64,000 nt of DNA from Squalus acanthias. Lineage: Eukaryota. A program made the position numbers and the translations under genes. Below are positions 57,960-64,000 of this stretch, piece by piece (within the stretch, counting starts at the first letter, position 1; every line of letters begins with the position of its first letter). The notes below the pieces were generated by a model. The model did not search any database. It saw only the letters and a list, made by a program, of their open reading frames with translations, and was not told where the DNA came from. The stretch spans positions 120,902,001 to 120,966,000 of the forward strand of contig CM059431.1 of assembly GCA_030390025.1 (NCBI GenBank), in the 5' to 3' direction.

Positions 57960-59580
57960 ATAATGCAACAGCTTCATGGCTGCCTTTCCAATACATCATA
58001 CAATCGCATGTGTGTGGCAAGCAGCTTTCTTTTCAAGGCTGGGCCCCTGAAGTTAACATCTCTGTCCTTCTCAGCAGAGCTTGGAGCTGAGTTTTCCCTC
58101 TGGCGAGCCAACCCCTGGGTTCTCCTTTCCATTACTCCTTGATTATCCTCACTCATGCTGAGTGCTTCACCAAGTGCAAAGCCCTCTAACTCACCCATTG
58201 GCACCCGGCATGCCAATTTCTGTGCTGGTTCCTGGGAGGGATGTGGAGCAAGTGACGATGTTTCTTCTGGAGGATTGTCCTCCTACAATTCCTCTTCCAC
58301 TGGTTCCAGATGTTTGGAAGGACCCAAAAAAGGGGAAAGGGTACAAGTATTAGCATGGCACTGAATGGCTAGTGAGTAGCAGATGATCGGCATCACTATG
58401 GAACACAAAGTTGCCAAGCTGCGTGAATGAGTGATTTCTTGAGATCAATGAAAGGGTGCAAGAAATCGGCAGACACCCTGCTCAGTGTAACCTCCAGCCT
58501 AGCCATCGCTGATGCACTTAACTCTGGATTGCCTGACTATATCAATGGCTGGCAGCTCCATTTGAGTGAGAGCCTGGATGTTTGCTGGTCCTACCCAGTT
58601 TTGCTCCTTTCCCTTGCATTGTGCAACATTTTCTCCTGCAGAAAGAGAGCGAGAGAGTTAGAGAGTGGTTGTTGAAAACATACGTGGGGCTCCTTCAGAT
58701 AGTGTGCATGCTGTGAGTGAGAAGCAGCAAGTTGCGAGCAGCATGAGGTGGTCATTTGAAAGAAAGTGTCAGGAATGTGAAATGAGAAAGCACTCAGCAG
58801 AGGAGAGCAATGATTAGCAGTTGCTACCAGGTTAAAACAGAATTTTGTTAGTGCCTGCTGTGAAGGCAACGTGCAAAAGGTGAGTGTGTGATTAGAATGA
58901 GAAAAAGAGTTGGTGTAGTATTCCACCCCCTCCCCCCGCCCCCATCCCCTCATGATTGATGGAGCAGAATGTGCTGCAGGGAAGGGAAGTGTACAGGCCG
59001 TTTGACAAGGGGCAGGCAATGCTTTGGCCAGGTGTAATGCAGAAAAATAGAGACAGAATGACCAGTACTCAGTGTGATTGCTCTGATCAGGTTATTGGAC
59101 CATTTCCTGCACTGAATCCAGGTCCTGGGGTGATTCTCTGGAAGTTCAGTATCTCCGCCACCTCTATCCAAGCCTGCTGCAGATTTTGTTTTGGCACCTT
59201 CCTGCCATCAGCTGGGAAGAACACCTCCCTCCGTGTCCTCATCTCCTCAACCAGCACCTTCACAGCAGAGTCTAAGGAGCTAGGTGCTCCAGTATGACTT
59301 ACTTTGCAGTTGTCCAACCTTTGCACAAGCCAGCCTGACATGTTAGTGACTTGAATGAAACCTCCCTTTAAGAGATGCATTCACGCTTTAAATAGTGAGC
59401 GGGCAACCCACAGGAAATCCTGCCCTCCATGTGGGCGAACTGCCCGTCACTGACGCGATCGTGTGAGCACCTTGCCAGTCATTCTAAAATGAGGCCCGGC
59501 AGTTAAAGTGTCCAGGCCTCGCACTGATAATGTCGGGCAGGCAGTGCCACCTGTCCAAAAAACACTGCCAGTTAATTCCC
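57960..59580 (-). mobile_element. Harbinger remnant with Myb/SANT-like ORF
   Basis: Peptide DSAVKVLVEEMRTRREVFFPADGRK...QAWIEVAE (59087-59380). Confidence 0.6.
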
Positions 59581-59931
59581 CCACCCTCAGATTTTGTGGT
59601 GAAATTTAAAAAAAAAGTCTCACATTGAACATTCTCTATATCCGTTGTTATTGCTATGATCAAGTTGATATAAAGTTCTAAGGATTCTGGAATTCTTTCA
59701 CACTTGCTTATGTTATGTCACCCTACCTAAGTCTTTTAACTGTAAAACATGAAATGTTGACTTTGTTTAATGGATAGCACTCATAATTACGTAAATGCTT
59801 AACCAAAGATTGATAGACAGGTTATGGCAAAACTGAATCAAATGTTGCAGTCCTTTTATCCCTATGTTATATAAATATTGTGAAGAACCACTTTTTGTAT
59901 TTCATGTTACTGTTTGCATTCAGCTTAAGTA

Positions 59932-60297
59932 TTTTTTTTAATGCGTTTAGGGGATGTGGGCGTCGCTGGCAAGGCCAGCATTTATTGCCCATCCCTAGTT
60001 GCCCTTGAGAAGGTGGTGGTGAGCAGCCTTCTTGAACCGCTGCAGTCTATGTGGTGAAGGTACTCCCACAGTGCTGTTATGTAGGGAGTTCCAGGATTTT
60101 GACCCAGCGACGATGAAGGATCAGCGATATACTTCTAAGTCAGGATGGTGTGTGACTTGCAGGGGAACTTGGAGGTGGTGGTGTTCCCATGCGCCTGCTG
60201 CCCTTGTCCTTCTAGGTGGAAGAGGTCGCGGGTTAGGAGGTGCTGCCGAAGAAGCCTTGGCGAGTTGCTGCAGTGCATCTGATAGATGGTACACACT
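59932..60297 (-). mobile_element. 3' end of the same LINE family as 24938-26779
   Basis: Reverse complement of ~26420-26779. Confidence 0.8.
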
Positions 60298-62659
60298 TGA
60301 GAGATACAGAATTATATTTTATCAGTTAAAGGCCTGAATTACCAAAAAGAACACAAGAGAGGTACAATCACACTTAGGTTTATTTTTGGCAGCAATCCAC
60401 AAACTTGCTTTTCTGTAGGAACTCTGTGATTCAATTGAATGTACAATGATAGGAATGTCCAATTGCATGCTATTCATTCAATTCCCACTGCCAGCAGGGA
60501 ATACATAATTGGTCAGGAAATTGCAGAAGTCACAACTTATTAGCATGGAATTTTCTGTTCATTTTGAAAGTTACTTTGCCTCTTTTAAGTCTCTCTATTG
60601 ACAGTGCAATTTCTTGTTTGAGAATCTGAACAAATAACCTACCCTCAGGGCTCTGTCATTGTGGCCCAAGTTACTTAGCCTCAGATTTGCTCCATGATGC
60701 CTGTGATGGTTTGGTGCAATTCTTCCACAGCTTATCAGTCCAACATATGTGAGCCTTTGTGGCGTGTTCTTTGCTCTATTCCTTTGATAGTTATATTGAG
60801 TAGGTAAGAACCAGTTACTGTAAAAAAAAACTTGTTTCAGCTAATGCTTTAGTCTAAACCTGATGTGTTCTACAATATTTTTTTCAGTCCAACCCATGGT
60901 TTCATGGTCATGAAAGTATAACTTCTGTTCTTGTCAATGTATATTGAGAATTCCACAAAACAAATAGGCCCCCCAAAAATCCGCCAGGATTCTGATGGTC
61001 TCACCATAATGCCAATGGGAGACCAGTGGAAACCACTGGAGAACAGCAGGGTCTCTGCTGTTTCTTTGATATTTTATGGCTTGACTTGTAAGGGACTGAG
61101 CCTTCGCTTACCCCATACAAGGCAAATGGCACCAGGGCTCAGAGTCAGAGGTGGGACTCCCTATGCTGGGAGTTCTCACTTTACTGGCTCATTTAGGACC
61201 CAGTGTAGTACTGGAGGCCGGTACACCAAGTGAGAGGAAGTGTTGTGGCCTCCTGGTGTGGGGAAGTGGGTCCTACTCGTGGGCCAGGCAAGTGAAGTGG
61301 ACCTTTGAAGAAATATATGATTTTTTAATGAGAACGTGACTGGGTCCTTCAGCCTACGCAACTGCCCGCCCCCCTCACAATGGTACACAGGTGACAGATT
61401 TCCTGGCTACGTGGGACAAGTGGGAGCAAGAGATGCACTTGCAAAGGTGCTTCTGCCCGCCTGCCCCATGCAAATGATGTGCCGACCGACTGAACCTGCA
61501 AATGCTGGAGGGCAGCGGAGGGCGTGATCCTGGCGTAACCGATGGGATCGTGTCCCGGGAATATTGCGGCCATAGAGTTCAAGATGTGACCAAAGTAATT
61601 ATTGAAAACAAAGATAGTGATGCACTGAAACTAAAACAAATGAATATTTATTTAAAAAAAACTTCTTTTAATGTAATTTAAAAAATTATCAGTTGTGAAC
61701 TTGCAAAAAAAACACCAGCAATGTAGACAAGTTTGAAATTGTGACATAACTACTGCTTGAAGTTGATCCCGTATCTTTATGTGATGTTTGAATAAACAAT
61801 GTAAGTGAAGTTAGATCAAGTATGATTCAGAGCAATGATGCCATTACTAGCCTTACCAACTGAACCTGAAGAACAAAATGTCCCTGTTACTCAAAACCGT
61901 ACAGCGATTTAATAATTCAGTATTTCAATAGTGCAGTAAGATTTTTTTTTAAGTTTCAGAACAAATTTTTTTAGCTAACTAGTTACATATTGTTCATTTG
62001 TTGGTAAGGCTCCATCTATTTTCTGCACAGTTCTTTCATTTCCCCCACCCTGGCCAAACCAACTGCGGCCAAGGCAGCGGGCAGGCAAATTTCATCCCAA
62101 CATTTTCCCAACCTTTGCCCAATCTTTTGCCAATGCCTCTCTGGACCAACTGCTTGAATGTACGGGGTCTCTCACATCAGGTTTGGAAATGTCCAACCTT
62201 TTGTCACACTAACAGGGTTACAATTAGGAACTCGATAACATGAGGGAAGGTTGGCAGAAGCTCATTTCCCACAATTTTCTGAGACCGCAGTTGCATTCTA
62301 GTACATGAAACCACAGTTCTGTCTTTCATCTCATTTAAATCAAAAGGGAAAAAACATGGCCCAAAATTTGCAGGCGGCAGCATAGCTATGGATCACATCA
62401 CCGACCTCTGAAAAGAATACGAACTGACCTTGTGCGAGGCCCCAGACGTAGACTTCTTGTTCGGCGCTGCAGAGTTGTGCGCAGCGTATTACATCAGGGA
62501 GGCCAGGAGCGCAGCGTACAGCCTATGTGTAAGTGAAGGCACGCCCACATAATCTGTCAAAACTAAGCCATGCCCACAGAAACTTCTTTCAGTCTCTTGC
62601 ATTGAAATTACATTTTAAAAACTTTAAATTAAACTGGTACTTGGACTTATTTCAAATAA

Positions 62660-62998
62660 AGAAAGAAAAGAAAGAAAGACTTGCATTTATATAGCGCCTT
62701 TCACGACCACCGGACGTCTCAAAGCGCTTTATAGTCAATGAAGTACTTTTGAAGTGTAGTCACTGTTGTAATGTAGGAAATGCGGCAGCCAATTTGCGCT
62801 CAGCAAGCTCCCACAAACAGCAATGTGATAATGACCATATCATTTGTTTTTGCTATGTTGGTTGAAGGATAAATATTGGCCAGGACACCGGGGAGAACTC
62901 CCCTACTCTTCTTTGAAATCGTGCCATGAGATCTTTTACGTCCACCTGAGAGAGCAGACAGGGCCTCGGTTTAACGTCTCATCCGAAAGACGGCACTC
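62660..62998 (-). mobile_element. Deu-domain SINE 3' part with (TTTC)n tail
   Basis: gccgtctttcggatgagacgttaaaccgaggccc core and gcgctatataaatgcaagtc tail. Confidence 0.8.
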
Positions 62999-64000
62999 AG
63001 AGTTCTGTTAAAATTATGTAACAAAATACCAGCATGTTGATTTTTGAAATGCAGTATCTGTATAAGGTCATAGCTAAAAAATTCCTGCTAGGTTTTCAGA
63101 AACAAAACATGCTTCGGTGAGAGTGGGTGCAGAAAAGGGGATTATGTATTGTAACATTTGCCAACTACACCAAAAAATAATTGTGTTTTACCACCTACTC
63201 CGTATGAAATTCACGTGCAGCTATGTATAATGAACTTGTCACAATGTCTGCTTTCTCGCACATAGATATTTATATATAGTTCTATAAAATGTGTGGATAT
63301 TTGGTATATGTGCAATAAACGTAATTAAACAGTTCATGTGTACGTTAAAGCGCCCAGTCTGCCACGGCTCCGTATCATTTACAAACAGTATGTGAGATGC
63401 TTGAATATGATAAGGCTTGTTGGTGCAGAATACTAATAAAAGCTGTATGTGTTCAGCACAAGTAGTTTGTTTCTGTGGGTGAGTTTCTGGTAACAGTGTA
63501 ATTTCAATTTTATTTAAACTTACTGAACAATTTGCAGATTTTGCATGTTTTAGGGTAAAAGTAGTATTGCTTACAACTATATCCACTGCTTGCTCTCAAT
63601 GTTCAGTACAAATGAGTTCCTTTAGCAATGAAACAGGCTCCTGCTCCTGCTTTCACTAACCGTAAAATTTTCGCACATAATTGCTGGGCAGTTGGTGGGC
63701 CATTAGCCCAACTCTGTGCCAGCAATGAATAGTTCCTCGTCCATGTGGATCATCTGTCCAGGCGTACCTTGACAGATTGCAAGTTCGGGATTTAGCGCAT
63801 GCGGAAAACCCAAACTTGCGGTCAATTTCAAAGGCGGTATGAGTACGCCGTCATACCCACCGCAAAATCTGCCACCATATTTTTCACCATCGAATTCTGC
63901 ATTTGGAGACAAAGATGTTGGGGCAGGTATTAACAGCCAATTGATGCCCACTCGAAGTTTTTAAGCTGTTCAACTTCGAATATCTCATATATTATGACAA

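Noticed and set aside
63239..63586. 115-aa ORF in AT-rich unique sequence
   Set aside because: No motifs or splice evidence; likely a chance ORF.

Overview
This is repeat-dense vertebrate DNA, most likely from a cartilaginous fish, inferred from HE1-like V-SINEs, Deu-domain SINEs and abundant CR1 LINEs. I could not support any host protein-coding exon. Most of the window is nested, decayed transposable elements: CR1 LINE fragments, PIF/Harbinger-derived MITEs and transposase/Myb-SANT remnants, Penelope-like fragments carrying minimal hammerhead ribozymes, and a ~3.7 kb G-rich minisatellite expanded inside a Harbinger element. The standout is a very young 9,380-bp LTR provirus on the minus strand (38364-47743). 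It has two 1,648-bp LTRs with only 2 differences seen, a 4-bp TSD (CCTT), an 18-nt tRNA-Arg(TCG) primer-binding site and a short PPT. It encodes Gag (coiled coil, overlapping PSAP/PPxY late domains, CCHC knuckle in a +1 frame) and shows no recognisable pro/RT/RNaseH/IN. In place of pol there is an unknown ORF, in frame behind a UGA-CUAG readthrough-type stop. It also has an intact Env with a signal peptide, an Ig-like domain, a furin site and a long Cys-rich F-protein-type fusion subunit. It looks like a pol-less, envelope-bearing, helper-dependent endogenous retrovirus-like element, possibly lokiretrovirus-related. All family assignments come from motif recognition by eye and need database confirmation.
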